64,000 nt of DNA from an uncultured Microthrixaceae bacterium (GTDB lineage: Bacteria > Actinomycetota > Acidimicrobiia > Acidimicrobiales > VFJN01). Location of the stretch: assembly GCA_963795165.1 (NCBI GenBank), contig CAWCGT010000002.1, forward strand, positions 94,565-158,564, written 5' to 3'. Below, in pieces: positions 36,299 through 47,416 of the stretch; within the stretch, counting starts at the first letter, position 1; every line of letters begins with the position of its first letter. Position numbers and translations under genes: made by a program. The notes under the pieces are model-generated. The model did no database searches and had not been told where the DNA came from. It saw only the letters and a program-made list of their open reading frames with translations.

Positions 36299-36376
36299 GG
36301 TGGCCGTAGCTCAGGTGGTTAGAGCGCCAGGTTGTGGCCCTGGAGGCCGGGGGTTCGAGTCCCCTCGGTCACCCCA
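36299..36376 (+). tRNA. tRNA-His(GTG)
   Basis: G-1, GTGGCCG...CGGTCAC C CCA; CCAGG TT GTG GC CCTGG. Confidence 0.95.
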
Positions 36377-36451
36377 AGGAAAGGCCGGTCCCCACAGACC
36401 GGCGGGCTTCGTGGCCAGGCGCTCTGAGCGCCTAGGCTGCGAAGCCCACAT

Positions 36452-36525
36452 GCCCCTCTAGCTCAATTGGTCAGAGCGTCGGACTCTTAATCCGCAGGTT
36501 CTGGGTTCGAGTCCCAGGGGGGGTA
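36452..36525 (+). tRNA. tRNA-Lys(CTT), CCA not encoded
   Basis: GCCCCTC...GGGGGGT A; loop CT CTT AA. Confidence 0.92.
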
Positions 36526-36531
36526 CGCCGA

Positions 36532-36559
36532 GCAGGCCAGGTCGCGCGACCTGGCCTGC
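36532..36559. terminator. Perfect 28-bp palindrome, probable bidirectional terminator
   Basis: GCAGGCCAGGTCGCGCGACCTGGCCTGC between convergent tRNA-Lys and anti-sigma gene. Confidence 0.65.
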
Positions 36560-36572
36560 GGCGCGACCCGGC

Positions 36573-37342
36573 TCAGCTCAGCTCGCCGGCGAGGACAGCG
36601 GGGTTCTTCGACTGCAGGACACCGCCGGGCTCCTCGGCCGTGATGGCCAGGGCACCGATGTCGACGCCGGCCTGGAAGGCCACGATCACGCCCGGCTCGG
36701 AGCCGAGCAGGCCCAGGGAGATCAGGCCACTGTCGGTCTGCCCCCACAGCTGGTAGGTGCGGTCGTCCTCCAAGCTCGGGGAGCTCGTGGACGAGCAGGA
36801 ACCCGGTGCCGTTCGGGCAGGACCACGGCCTGACCGGTGATCTCCCCGTTGAAGGACTGGAGCTTGGCCTTGCTGGCGCTCGGGTCTTGGAGGGCCACCT
36901 CGGCCGCGCTGAGGAGCGACCCTTCCTGGATGGCCGCCTCGAACCGATCGAGCTCGTCCTGCTGGCGGACCACCTGGGCGCCGAGCACGGCGATGGCCAG
37001 GGCCGCCGCCGCGCCGAGCGCCGAGAGCACGAGCCGGTTGGCCCGTCGGCGCCGCGGGGCGAGCGGGATGACGTGCCTGGGCCGAGTCGGAGACGGCCAG
37101 GCGCAGCGGCGGCGGCGCCTCCTCGAGCTGTCCGGCGATCCGATCCCACAGGCCCTCCGGGGCGTCGCCACCGGTGTTGGCGAGGGCGGTGGCCACCTCG
37201 TCGATGGCCCGCCACCTCCGACCGGCACCGGGGGCAGCTCGGCCAGGTGGAGCTCGACGACCTCGGCCTCGTCGGGGTCGACGGCGTCGAGGGCGTAGGC
37301 GCCCAGGAGCTCCTGGATCTCTTCATGGGTCATCGGCTTCAC
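36573..37342 (-). CDS. RskA-like anti-sigma factor (frameshifted)
   Basis: ELLGAYALDAV...HL..C..C zinc-finger start, TM helix, TYQLW, AITAEEPGG. Confidence 0.85.
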
Positions 37343-37921
37343 AGGTCACCTCCGATCCCGGTGCCCACCAGCTCGGTGCGCAGTCGCTTCAAGCCCGAGC
37401 GGATCCGGCTCTTCACCGTTCCCTCCGGTTGCTCCAGCATGTCCGCCACCTCTCGATACGTGTGCCCGCCGAAGTAGGCCAGCGCGATGGCTTCACGCTC
37501 GCCGTCGGGGAGGGCGCTGAGCGCCTCCCGAAGCTTCTCGGCCACGGTCAGGTCGACCACCTCGTGCTCGAGGTCGTACCCCTTCTCCGCCGTGCGCCGG
37601 GCGTCTCGCTCCTCCCGGCTGCGGCGCGACGTCTCCGAGCGGAGCAGGTCGACCGAGCGCGCCGTGGCACTGCGCCAGCAGGTACGAGCGCAGCGTGCCC
37701 CGCTCGGGGTCGAACTTCTCGGGCTGGTTCCAGATGCGCAGGAAGACCTCCTGCACGACCTCCTCGGCCAGCGTGACGTCGACGAGCAGACGGCGGGCCA
37801 GGGCGAACACGGCCCCGGCGTGGCGGCGGTAGGCCTCCGCCAGCGCCTCCTGGCGGTAGCGGCTGATGGCGACGACCAGGACGGCGTCGCTCCACTCGGT
37901 GAGGTCTTCGGTGACAGCCAT
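37339..37921 (-). CDS. ECF sigma factor, SigK-like (one frameshift)
   Basis: AEEVVQEVFLRIW, FDPERG, LAYFGGHTYREVA, GTVKSRIRSGLKRLR. Confidence 0.9.
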
Positions 37922-37981
37922 GGCTGTCCTGTCTTCGGCGCCGTCGGCCATCCCGGATGCCACCGTAGTGGGCGACCCCGC

Positions 37982-39174
37982 TCACCCGAGCTGTGAACCC
38001 GGACACCACCTCGACGTGGCTGGTGTGCGGGAAGAGGTCCACGAGCGGTGCACGACTGCAGGTGGTAGCCCGCCTCGCCCAGCAGCCGGGCGTCACGCCC
38101 CAGCGCGGCGGCGTCGCAGCTCACCAGGGCCAGCGTGGGAGGCGCCGGTGGCGGCCACCCGCGGCGACGCCCCGGGGCCCGAGGCCCTGCCGAGGCGGGT
38201 CGGCCACCACGCACGTCCGCGCGAGCGGCGCCCCAGTGGCCCACGTCGGCCCGGACGATCCGGGCGTCGAGGTCGGCCAGGTTGATGCCGGGCGTCGGCG
38301 ACCGCCGAGGCGCTCTGCTCCACCACGGTGACCGGCCCGTCGCCCGCCAGCGTGCCCGGCGAAGAGCCCGACCCCGCCGTAGAGGTCGACCAGGCGGTCG
38401 CCGTTGGGCCAGGGCGCCGCGGCGTCGCCGACCGCCGCCACGAGCGCCTCGGCGCCGTCGGGACGGGCCTGGAAGAACGACCGGGCCGAGATGCGCCAGC
38501 GCCGGCCGGCCACCTCCTCGTGGATCCAGGCCCGCTGGCCCGCCGCCAGCTCGACGCTCGACACCACCCGCACACCCTCGGGCACCGACGCCTGGGCGGA
38601 GTCGCCGTCCACCACCACCAGGCGCTCACCGGTGCGGGCACCCGCCCGGAGGACGACCTCCCCATCGGGGAACCGACCGTCGGCGACCAGCTCGTCGACG
38701 AGCGGGTGGGCCACCAGGCAGGGCGACACGGCCACCGCGTCGTGGCTCTGGGCCGCGCCGGAGGGCGAAGCGGCCCGTCGGCGGCCTCGCCGCGGAGCGT
38801 GGTGCGGTAGCCCGTGGCCGGCAGATCCGGGCCGAGGTCCACCGTCACATCGAGGTCGGCCTGGCGGCGGAGGGCGTCGGCCACGATGCCCGCCTTGAGC
38901 CGTCGCTGGGCGGCCGGGGCGACGTGCTGCCAGTCGCAGCCGCCGCAGCCGGCCGCCACGAAGGGGCACGGCGGCTCGACGCGATCGGCCGACGCGCTCC
39001 ACGATCTGCAGGAGCCGGGCCACGGGCGAAGTCCTTCTTCTGCTGGACGAGCTCCACCGTGACGGACTCGCCGGGAAGCGCCCCGGGCACGAAGGTCACC
39101 CGGCCGGAATCGTCGCGGGCCAGGCCGTCGCCGCCGGCCACGACGGAGGCGATGTCGAGGGTCGTGGGCGGCAC
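37982..39174 (-). CDS. TRAM-domain RNA (uracil-5)-methyltransferase, RlmD/TrmA family (frameshifted)
   Basis: FVPGALPGE, CGGCDWQH, SFFQ, VDLYGGVGLF, DPPRQG, VSCD, DLFPHTSHVE; 3' end approximate. Confidence 0.88.
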
Positions 39175-39215
39175 AGGTCGACTCTAGGGGCACGAAGGGC
39201 CTGCAAGGATGGGTC

Positions 39216-39919
39216 GTGATGAGCGACCTGCCCGGCTCCGACCGCCCCATCGAGATCGCCCCGTCCGTCCTGCCGGCCGACTTCTCCCGGCTCGGCGAGG
39301 AGGTGGCCGCCCTGGAGGCGGCCGGGGTCGACCGCATCCAGTGGGACGTGATGGACGGTCGCTTCGTGCCCAACCTCACCTTCGGGCCCGACGTGATCGC
39401 CGCCTGTCGGCCGCACGCCTCGGTGCTCTTCGAGGCCCACCTCATGGTCGAGGAGCCCGACGAGCTGGCCCCCCGCTACGTCGAGGCCGGCTGCGAGCTG
39501 CTGATCGTGCACGCCGAGGCGTGCCGCCACCTGCACCGCACCCTCGGGCCGATCCAGCGAGCTGGGCGCACGCGCCGGCGGTGGCGCTCAACCCGGCCAC
39601 GCCGGCCACCGCCGTGGCCCACGTGCTCGACCTGGTCGACCTGGTGCTGGTGATGACGGTGAACCCCGGCTTCGGCGGCCAGGCCTACATCGCCACCATG
39701 GAGCCCAAGGTCGCCGAGCGTGCGCCGCATGGTCGCTCGCTGGCGGCCACGACGTCGACGTCGAGGTCGACGGCGGCATCGGCCCCGCCACCATCCAGGG
39801 GGCGGCCGCCGCCGGCGCCAACGTCCTGGTGGCCGGATCGCCCTCTACCGGGACCCCGAAGGCCTGGCGCACGCGGTGACGCGAGCTGCGCGGAGCTGGC
39901 CGAGGCCACCCGCCACTGA
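39216..39919 (+). CDS. rpe: Ribulose-phosphate 3-epimerase (frameshifted)
   Basis: [39 protein letters not shown]. Confidence 0.95.
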
Positions 39920-39942
39920 CCGACACGCACAGGAGCGACGCA

Positions 39943-40116
39943 ATGGGATTGCTGGACAGCGTGAAGAAGGCCCTGAAGGGCAAGGGCGAGCAGCTCGAGT
40001 CAGGGATCGACAAGGTGGCCGACGTCGTCGATGACAAGACGGGCGGCAAGCACTCGGACAAGATCGAGGGGGCGGCCGACAAGGCCAAGGACCTCGTCGA
40101 GAAGCTCGACGACTAG
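39943..40116 (+). CDS. Small MT0933/Rv0909-like 'antitoxin' family protein (57 aa, absent from ORF track)
   Basis: [57 protein letters not shown]; AGGAG RBS. Confidence 0.85.
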   Translation: MGLLDSVKKALKGKGEQLESGIDKVADVVDDKTGGKHSDKIEGAADKAKDLVEKLDD

Positions 40117-40120
40117 CGCC

Positions 40121-40523
40121 CTGGGACGTCTCCTCGCTGCCGGTGCCGTCGCGGCGCTCCTGGCCGCCAGCTGCTCCGATGACGGCGGCAGCGCCGGCTG
40201 AGCTCTGCGAGGCGGTCGCTGGCGCCGAGGGGGCGTCCACCTTGTTCCAGGGGTTCGACCCCACCGATCCAGAGGCGGCTCTGGAGGTGCTGCGACCGGC
40301 ACGGGTCCAGCTGGGCGACCTGCTCGACGAGGCGCCCGAGGAGGTGCGCGACGACCTCGAGGTGGAGATCGCCTACCTCCAGGGGCTGGTCGACGCCCTC
40401 GAACAGGTGGACCCTGGTGACGCCACCGAGGCCGCGCTGCGGGTGCAGGCGGTGACCGACACCCATCCGCGGGTGCCGAAGGCAGCCGCCAACCTCTCGG
40501 CCTTCGCCGAGCGGGAGTGCTAG
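40121..40523 (+). CDS. Putative lipoprotein (one frameshift)
   Basis: Lipobox LAASC followed by helical acidic domain ending REC*; start uncertain. Confidence 0.6.
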
Positions 40524-41118
40524 AGGATCTCGCCCCGCTTCACCGACACGTGGTCGATGATGCCGTACGTCCTTGGCCTGCTCGGCGGTGAACCAGCGGT
40601 CCCGCTCGGAGTCCTCCTGGATCTGCTCGACCGTCTGACCCGTGTGGTGGGCGATGCGCTCGGCCATCAGGCGCTTGATGTAGATGAGCTGCTCGGCCTG
40701 GATGGCGATGTCGCTGGCCTGGCCGCGGACGCCACCGGAGGGCTGGTGCATCATGATCCGGGCGTGGGGCAGCGCGAAGCGCTTGCCCGCCGCGCCGGCG
40801 CAGAGCAGGAACTGCCCCATCGAGGCCGCCAGGCCCATGCAGATGGTGGCCACGTCGGGGGCGATGAACTGCATGGTGTCGTAGATGGCCATGCCGGCGG
40901 TGACCGAGCCACCCGGGGCTGTTGATGTAGAGCCAGATGTCCTTGTCGGTGTCCTCGCCCTCGAGGTACAGCATCTGGGCGCAGATGATGTTGGCGATGT
41001 CGTCGTTGACGTCGGTGCCCAGGATGACGATGCGGTCCTTGAGCAGCCGGTTGAAGATCTCCGACGTGGGGTTGCCATTGGCCTGCTGGGCATCGGGGGA
41101 GGGAGAGATCTGGGTCAC
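40520..41118 (-). CDS. clpP: Clp protease proteolytic subunit (ClpP1-like) (frameshifted)
   Basis: [55 protein letters not shown]. Confidence 0.95.
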
Positions 41119-41175
41119 GCCGATGGAGGCTAGCGGCGCCCGCCGAGACCCCGGCGCGCCCTACGCTGCGACCCG

Positions 41176-41249
41176 GCCGGCGTAGCCCAACGGCAGAGGC
41201 GACAGGCTTTAGGGCGTGTGCAGTGTGGGTTCGAATCCCACCGCCGGCA
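41176..41249 (+). tRNA. tRNA-Leu-like (probably TAG), short variable arm, aberrant anticodon arm
   Basis: GCCGGCG/CGCCGGC A acceptor, GCC-CAACGGCAGA-GGC D arm, GTGGG TTCGAAT CCCAC T arm; anticodon arm ACAGG CTTTAGGG CGTGT. Confidence 0.75.
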
Positions 41250-41271
41250 CGGTGGCCTAGCGTCGCACTGG

Positions 41272-42278
41272 ATGAAGGTGCACGAGCTGCCCACGCCGTC
41301 GCTGCTGGTCGACGTCCACGCGTTCGACCGCAACGTGGCCACCATGGCCAAGCGCTGGCCCGGCCCGACGCTGCGTCCCCACGTGAAGGCGTTCAAGTCG
41401 ACGGCGCTCGCTGCCCGACTGGCCGAGAACGGGCATCGCGGGCTTCTGCTGCGCCACCGTGCGGGAGGTGATGGGCATGGCCGCCGCCGGGCTCGGCGAC
41501 GACCTGCTGCTCGCCAACGAGAGCCTCGACCTGCAGCCGCCTCACCTCGGTGGTGGAGAGCGAGGTGGCACGGATCACCGTGGCGGTCGACTCCGAGGCG
41601 ACGATCGAGGCGGCCGCGGCCGCCGAGGTCCGCGAGGTGCTGATCGACGTGGAGGTGGGCATGCCGCGGTGCGGCTGCGACCCCGCCGACGCCGGGCGAC
41701 TGGCCGACCTGGCCCGCGCCGCGGGCCTCGAGGTGCGCGGCGTCATGGGCTACGAGGGCCACCTCATGCGCGAGCCCGGCGACACCAAGGCCGAGCTGGT
41801 GGAGCGGTCCATGGCCGCGCTGCTGCAGGCCCACGAGGCGGTGGGCGGCGACGTGGTGTCCGGCGGCGGCACCGGCACCTGGGACATGAACACCTGGGTC
41901 ACCGAGCTGCAGGCCGGCTCCTACTGCCTGATGGACACCGAGTACACGCCCCACGCCGACGACTTCGAGAACGCCCTGTTCGTGCAGGCCACGGTGATCT
42001 CGGTGTCGGCGAAGGGGTGGGCGGTGCTCGACGCCGGGCTGAAGGCCTTCGGCATGGACCACGGCGACCCCACGGTGCTCGACGTCGGCGACTGCTGGTT
42101 CGTGTCCGACGAGCACCTCACCTTCGGGCTCGCCGAGGGCGCATCGGTGGCGGTGGGCGACCGCGTGCGGGTCGTCCCGGCCCACGTCGACCCCACCGTC
42201 TCCCAGCACGAGCGCCTCCACCTCGTCGACGGCGACGAGGTGCTCGAGGTGTGGGACGTCGACCTCCGCGGCTGGTGA
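41272..42278 (+). CDS. PLP-dependent DSD1/D-threonine aldolase-like (alanine racemase fold) enzyme (frameshifted)
   Basis: [56 protein letters not shown]. Confidence 0.88.
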
Positions 42279-42284
42279 GCCCAC

Positions 42285-42838
42285 TCACAGATCTCGGAGG
42301 CAGGGCGCGGAAGGCTCGGGCGCGGTGGCTGATGGCGTGCTTCTCGGCCGGGGTCATCTCGGCGAAGGTGCGACCGTCGCCCTCCACCGGAGCGACGATC
42401 GGGTCGTAGCCGAAGCCGCCGTCACCCCGCGGGCCGTCGACGATCACCCCCTCGACCTCGCCGCGCACCACGTGCCTCCCGGCCGTCGGGCCACACCGCC
42501 GCCGCCGCGCACACGTAGCGGCAGGTGCGGCCGGCTGGCTCGACCCCGTCGAGCTTCGCAGCACCTTGGGGATCCAGTCGCCGTCGCTGGTCCAGCGGGC
42601 CGAGTGGATGCCCGGAGCGCCATCGAGGTGGTCGATCTCGATGCCCGAGTCGTCGGCCACGGCCACCTCGCCGGTGGCGGCCGACAGGGCCCGCGCCTTG
42701 ATCAGCGCGTTCTCCTCGAAGGTGGTGCCGGTCTCCTCGGCCCCGGTGTCGACGGCCTCCACCTCGTGCTCGGGGCCCGAGGATCTGGCGCACCTCGTCG
42801 ACCTTGTGGGCGTTGCCGGTGGCCAGCAGGATGCGCAT
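42285..42838 (-). CDS. rdgB: Non-canonical purine NTP pyrophosphatase (frameshifted)
   Basis: [44 protein letters not shown]; 3' end approximate. Confidence 0.93.
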
Positions 42839-43580
42839 CAGCGGGCCGGCGGAGGTTCGCTCACCATCTCCCGCTGCAGCTCGATGATCTCCTCGATGCC
42901 GGCCTCGGCCAGCCCGAGGAGCGCGTCGAGCTCCGCCCGGCTGAAGGGGGCCCCTTCGGCGGTGCCCTGCACCTCGACGAAGCCGCCGAGGGAGGTCATC
43001 ACCACGTTCATGTCGACCTCGGCCCGCGACGTCCTCCACGTAGGGGAGGTCGAGCACGGGCTGCCCGTCGACCACCCCCACCGAGATGGCAGCGCAGAAG
43101 GCGGTCAGCGGGTGGGTGGCGATGGTGCCGGCCTGCACCAGTCGAGCCAGGGCGTCGTGGAGGGCGAGGTAGCCGCCGCAGATCGAGGCGGTGCGGGTGC
43201 CGCCATCGGCCTGGAGCACGTCGCAGTCGACGATCACCTGCCGCTCGCCGAGCGCGCGCATGTCGCACACGGCCCGCAGGGACCGGCCGATGAGCCGCTG
43301 GATCTCCTGGGTGCGGCCCGACGGCTTGCCGTCCTTCACCTCGCGCCGGATCCGCTCCGGCGACGAGCCCGGGAGCATCGAGTACTCGGCGGTCACCCAG
43401 CCCTTGCCCTTGCCCCGCATCCACCGGGGCACGTCCTCGTCGACCGACGCGGTGCACAGCACCCGGGTGCTCCCGAAGCTGACCAGGCACGAGCCGGCCG
43501 ACATGGCCGGTGAAGTCGCGCTCGAAGGTGATGGGACGGAGCTCGTCGGCGGCGCGGCCGTCGGGGCGGGGGGTGGTCAT
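42838..43580 (-). CDS. rph: Ribonuclease PH (frameshifted)
   Basis: [43 protein letters not shown]. Confidence 0.96.
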
Positions 43581-43608
43581 GCCCGCATCCTCGCAGGCTG
43601 GTGAGGGG

Positions 43609-44419
43609 CTACGGCCAGGTGACCTGGTGGACCTCGGCCAGCTCGGGGCCGAGGAGCTGCTGGCCGAGGGTCGCGGAACCACGCCACGTCGCCGCTGGAG
43701 AGCCAACGGTGGCGGCCCGGGCCCGCGGCCACGGATCGCGGGCCAGGGCGGTGCCCTCGAGGCGGTGACGGACCTCGAAGGCGGTCTCGTCGGCGGAGTC
43801 GACCAGCACGACGTCGCGTCCCATCACGTCGCTGATGGTGCGGGCGAGGAACGGGTAGTGGGTGCAGCCGAGCAGCAGGGCGTCGACCTTGGCCTCCCGC
43901 ACCGGGGCGAGGAGCCGCTCGGCCAGCACGGTGACCTGGTCGCTGCGGGTCTCGCCCCGCTCGACGAACTCGACGAAGCCCGGGCAGGCCGCGCAGGTGA
44001 GCTCCACCTGGGGCGCCACACGGGCGACGGTGGCCTGGTAGGCGCCCGCAGGCGATCGTGCCGACCGTGCCGATCACGCCGACCCGCCCGCTGCGGGTGG
44101 CCGGGGCCAGGCTGCGGACCCCGGGCTCGATCACACCGAGCACCGGCACGTCGACCCGGGCCTGCAGGGCAGCCAGCCCGGCGGCGGCCGCGGTGTTGCA
44201 CGCCACGACCACGAGCTTCACGTCGTGCTCGCGCACGAGCAGGTCGGTGATCTGCTCGGCGAAGCCGCGGACCTCGTCGAGGGGCCGGGGCCCGTAGGGG
44301 TAGCGGCCGGTGTCGCCCAGGTAGACGAGGTGCTCCGCCGGCAGCAGGTCGATCAGGGCCCGGGCGACGGTGAGGCCTCCGAACCCGCTGTCGAACATGC
44401 CGATGGGGCGGTCGTCCAC
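43609..44419 (-). CDS. murI: Glutamate racemase (frameshifted)
   Basis: IGMFDSGFGGLTV, PYGPR, VACNTA, LGCTHYP. Confidence 0.96.
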
Positions 44420-44429
44420 CCCGGTGAGG

Positions 44430-45038
44430 CTACGACGCGCCCTCGGGCTGAGGGCCATCCAGCGCGCCCTGGTCATCTGCCAGTCCTGGGTGCTGCGGCC
44501 CTCGCACGGCCCGTCGTCGGGCACGTCGACGCCCTGGAGCTCGTAGCCCGAGCTTCTCGGGCACCCGGGCGCTGCGGACGTTGGCGTCCTCGCACTGGAT
44601 GCGCACCCGCTCGATGCCCGTCGATCTCGAAGGCGGCGGCGGTGAGGGCGCGCGATGCCGCGGTGGCCAAGCCCCGCCCGATGTGGTCGACGTGCACCCA
44701 GTAGCCGATGTCGAGCGCATCGGGTCCCTGGCGGCCGTGGAGACCGCAGCCGCCGATCACCGACCCGTCGGCGCTCGACGATCGTGTAGGTGAAGTCGCG
44801 CCGCTGGTCCCAGAGCTCCTCGGCGGCGGCCATGAAGACGGCCACGCTGCGGCTCCGTGGCCGGCTTGTCGGCCCACGCCATCCACGGCGAGAGGTGGTC
44901 GAGGCTGTGCGTTGATGGCGTCGCGTCATGGCCGCGGCGCCTGCTCGGCGCTGATCCGCACGAGCGGATCCCGTCGTGCGAGCGTCGATCTCGTCGGGCG
45001 GCGCGGCCGGCGAACACGGGCTCCTCGTCGTCGGTCAT
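44430..45038 (-). CDS. GNAT (RimJ/RimL-type) acetyltransferase (frameshifted)
   Basis: SLDHLSPWMAWA, IGGCGLH, IGYWV...GRGLAT, NVRSARVPEKLG. Confidence 0.85.
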
Positions 45039-45093
45039 CGACCCAGCGTGCCAGGCGGCAGACGGCCGGCCGAGGGCGGTTTACGATCGCGCC

Positions 45094-45450
45094 ATGGCCG
45101 ACCTCACCCTCTGGCACAACCAGCGCTGCTCCAAGAGCCGCTCGGCCTGCGAGCTGCTCACCGAGGCAGGCGTCACCTTCGACGAGCGCCGCTACCTCGA
45201 GGCGCCACCCACCGCCGAGGAGCTCGACGCCGTGCTCACGGCGCTCGGGCATGGAGCCGTGGGACCTGGCCCGGATGGGCGAGACCGTGGCCAAGGAGCT
45301 GGACCTGCAAGACCCTGGACGCACGACCGCGCCGCGTGGATCGAGCTCCTGGTCGCCAACCCGATCCTGATCGAGCGGCCCATCCTCGTCACCAACGACG
45401 GGCGCGCCGTGGTGGGTCGCCCGCCCGAGAGCGTGCTGTCGCTCCTGTAG
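45094..45450 (+). CDS. ArsC/Spx/MgsR family protein (frameshifted)
   Basis: WHNQRCSKSR, NPILIERPI, VGRPPE. Confidence 0.9.
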   Translation: MADLTLWHNQRCSKSRSACELLTEAGVTFDERRYLEAPPTAEELDAVLTALGHGAVGPGPDGRDRGQGAGPARPWTHDRAAWIELLVANPILIERPILVTNDGRAVVGRPPESVLSLL

Positions 45451-45456
45451 GGCCGC

Positions 45457-46411
45457 CTAGAAGTAGATGGTGGCCTTGGCCCGCGCCTCGACGACGTCGA
45501 GGTCGTCGGTCCACACGCCGGCCGAGAGGTACTTCCAGCCGCCGTCGCACACGATCATGACGATCGTGCCCTCGTCGATGAGGCCGGCGGCCTTCACCGC
45601 CCCGGCCAGGATGGCCCCGGAGGAGATGCCGGCGAAGATGCCCACCTCGGTGAGGCGGCGGGTCCACTCGATCGACTCGCGCGGGCGCACGATGAGGCGC
45701 CGGTCGAGCAGCTCGTAGCCGTCGTTGTCCTCGAACACCGGGGGGACGAAGCCCTCGTCGAAGTTCTTGAGCCCGTCGACCATCTCCCCCGCGGGCGGCT
45801 CGATGGCCCAGAGCTGCACGTCGGGGTTGCGCTCCTTGAGGAAGCGGCCGACGCCCATCAGGGTGCCAGCGGTGCCCAGGCCGGCGATGAAGTGGGTGAG
45901 CTCGGGGACGTCCTGCCAGATCTCCGGGCCCGGTGCCCTCGTAGTGGGCCTTCGGGTTGGCCGGGTTGCCGTACTGGAACGGGAACCACCAGTCGGGGTG
46001 CTCCTCGGCCAGGGCCATCGCCCGCCGCATCGCCCCGTTGGACCCCTCGGCGCCAGGGCTGTCGATGATCTCGGCCCCCCACGACTCGAGGAGCTGCCGG
46101 CGCTCCGTGGAGACGTTGTCGGGCAGCACCACCTTCAGGTGGTAGCCGCGCATCCGGGAGATCATCGCCAGCGCGATGCCGGTGTTGCCCGAGGACGACT
46201 CCAGGATCACCTGCCCGGATCCGGGGATGAGGATCCCGTCCTTCTCGGCGTCGAGGATCATCTGCTTGCCCGCCCGGTCCTTCACCGACCCGCCCGGGTT
46301 CTGGCCCTCCAGCTTGGCGAGGATCCGCACCTGCGGGTTGGGGCTGAGCGACGAGATGTCGACGATCGGCGTGTTGCCGATGAGGTCGAGCGCTGATTCG
46401 TAGACGGCCAC
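45457..46411 (-). CDS. cysM: PLP-dependent cysteine synthase, CysM-like (one frameshift)
   Basis: IGNTP, AKLEGQNPGGSVKDR, SSGNTG, GLGTAGT, DGGWKYLS. Confidence 0.88.
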
Positions 46412-46452
46412 GCGGTGCTCCGGATCGAAAGTCGACTGGTCCGATCAGGATT

Positions 46453-46863
46453 CTACCGGTCGGTGAGCGAAACGACCTCCTCGACGATCTCACCGTCCAC
46501 GATCCGGTAGCTGCGGGTGACCGGGGCCTCCTGTCGGAGCGACACGATCACGTAGTGCCAGCTGGGCTCCGGGGCCTGCTGCGACGTCGGTCGCCGAGGG
46601 GTAGGCGTCGGTGTGGGTGTGGCTGTGCACCACGCCGTTGATCTCCAGCCCTCGCTCGTCGGCATCGCCGGTCGGCCCGGAGGTGGTCCTTGGGATCGAT
46701 CGTGTAGATCCGGCTGGAGGCCGCTGTGTTGCGACAGGGGTAGAAGACCGTGGCCCGTTCGGTGCCGGGCGGCCCGGCCAGCAGCCCGCAGGCCTCGTCG
46801 GGCAGACCGTCGTAGGCGTGCGCGACCAGCTCGGATCCACACGGTGCGGGTGAGCTGCAGCAC
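46453..46863 (-). CDS. M67/JAMM metallopeptidase, Mec-like (frameshifted)
   Basis: PDEACGLLAG, HSHTHTDAYPSATD JAMM motif, HYVIVSL. Confidence 0.9.
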   Translation of the reverse strand: MLQLTRTVWIRAGRARLRRSARRGLRAAGRAARHRTGHGLLPLSQHSGLQPDLHDRSQGPPPGRPAMPTSEGWRSTAWCTATPTPTPTPRRPTSQQAPEPSWHYVIVSLRQEAPVTRSYRIVDGEIVEEVVSLTDR

Positions 46864-46920
46864 CGTGGCAGGGTATCGGCGCCGGGAGGGGCGGAGCGCG
46901 ACCGGTAGCGTGAGCGACCC

Positions 46921-47391
46921 ATGAAGCCCACGGGCACCAAGCCGATCGCCAGCAACCGGCAGGCTCGCCGCAACTACGAGATCCTCGACACCATCGAGGC
47001 GGGCATCGTGCTGCGCGGCAGCGAGGTGAAGTCGCTGCGGGAGGCGAAGGTGCAGATCACCGACGCGTTCGCTCGCATCGACGGCAACGAGATCTGGCTC
47101 CACCAGCTCCACATCGCCCCGTGGCTCTACTCCCAAGCGCACACCGGCCACGACCCCGACGCCAAGCGGAAGCTCCTCTTGCACCACCACGAGATCCTGC
47201 GCCTGAAGGCCCGTGTCGACCCGGAGCACCTGTCGCTCATCCCCCTGTCGATCTACTTCAAGGACGGGAAGGCCAAGGTGGAGCTCGGTCTGGCCAAGAG
47301 CCGGCGCACCCACGACAAGCGCCAGGTGATCGCCGAGCGCGACGCCGCACGGGACCTGGCCAGGGCCAACCGGGGCGACAAGACCGAGTGA
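46921..47391 (+). CDS. smpB: SsrA-binding protein
   Basis: NRQARRNY, EAGIVLRGSEVKSLR, RKLLLH, HDKRQ. Confidence 0.97.
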   Translation: MKPTGTKPIASNRQARRNYEILDTIEAGIVLRGSEVKSLREAKVQITDAFARIDGNEIWLHQLHIAPWLYSQAHTGHDPDAKRKLLLHHHEILRLKARVDPEHLSLIPLSIYFKDGKAKVELGLAKSRRTHDKRQVIAERDAARDLARANRGDKTE

Positions 47392-47416
47392 CCACGCTGT
47401 GGGCGCCGCACCGGGC

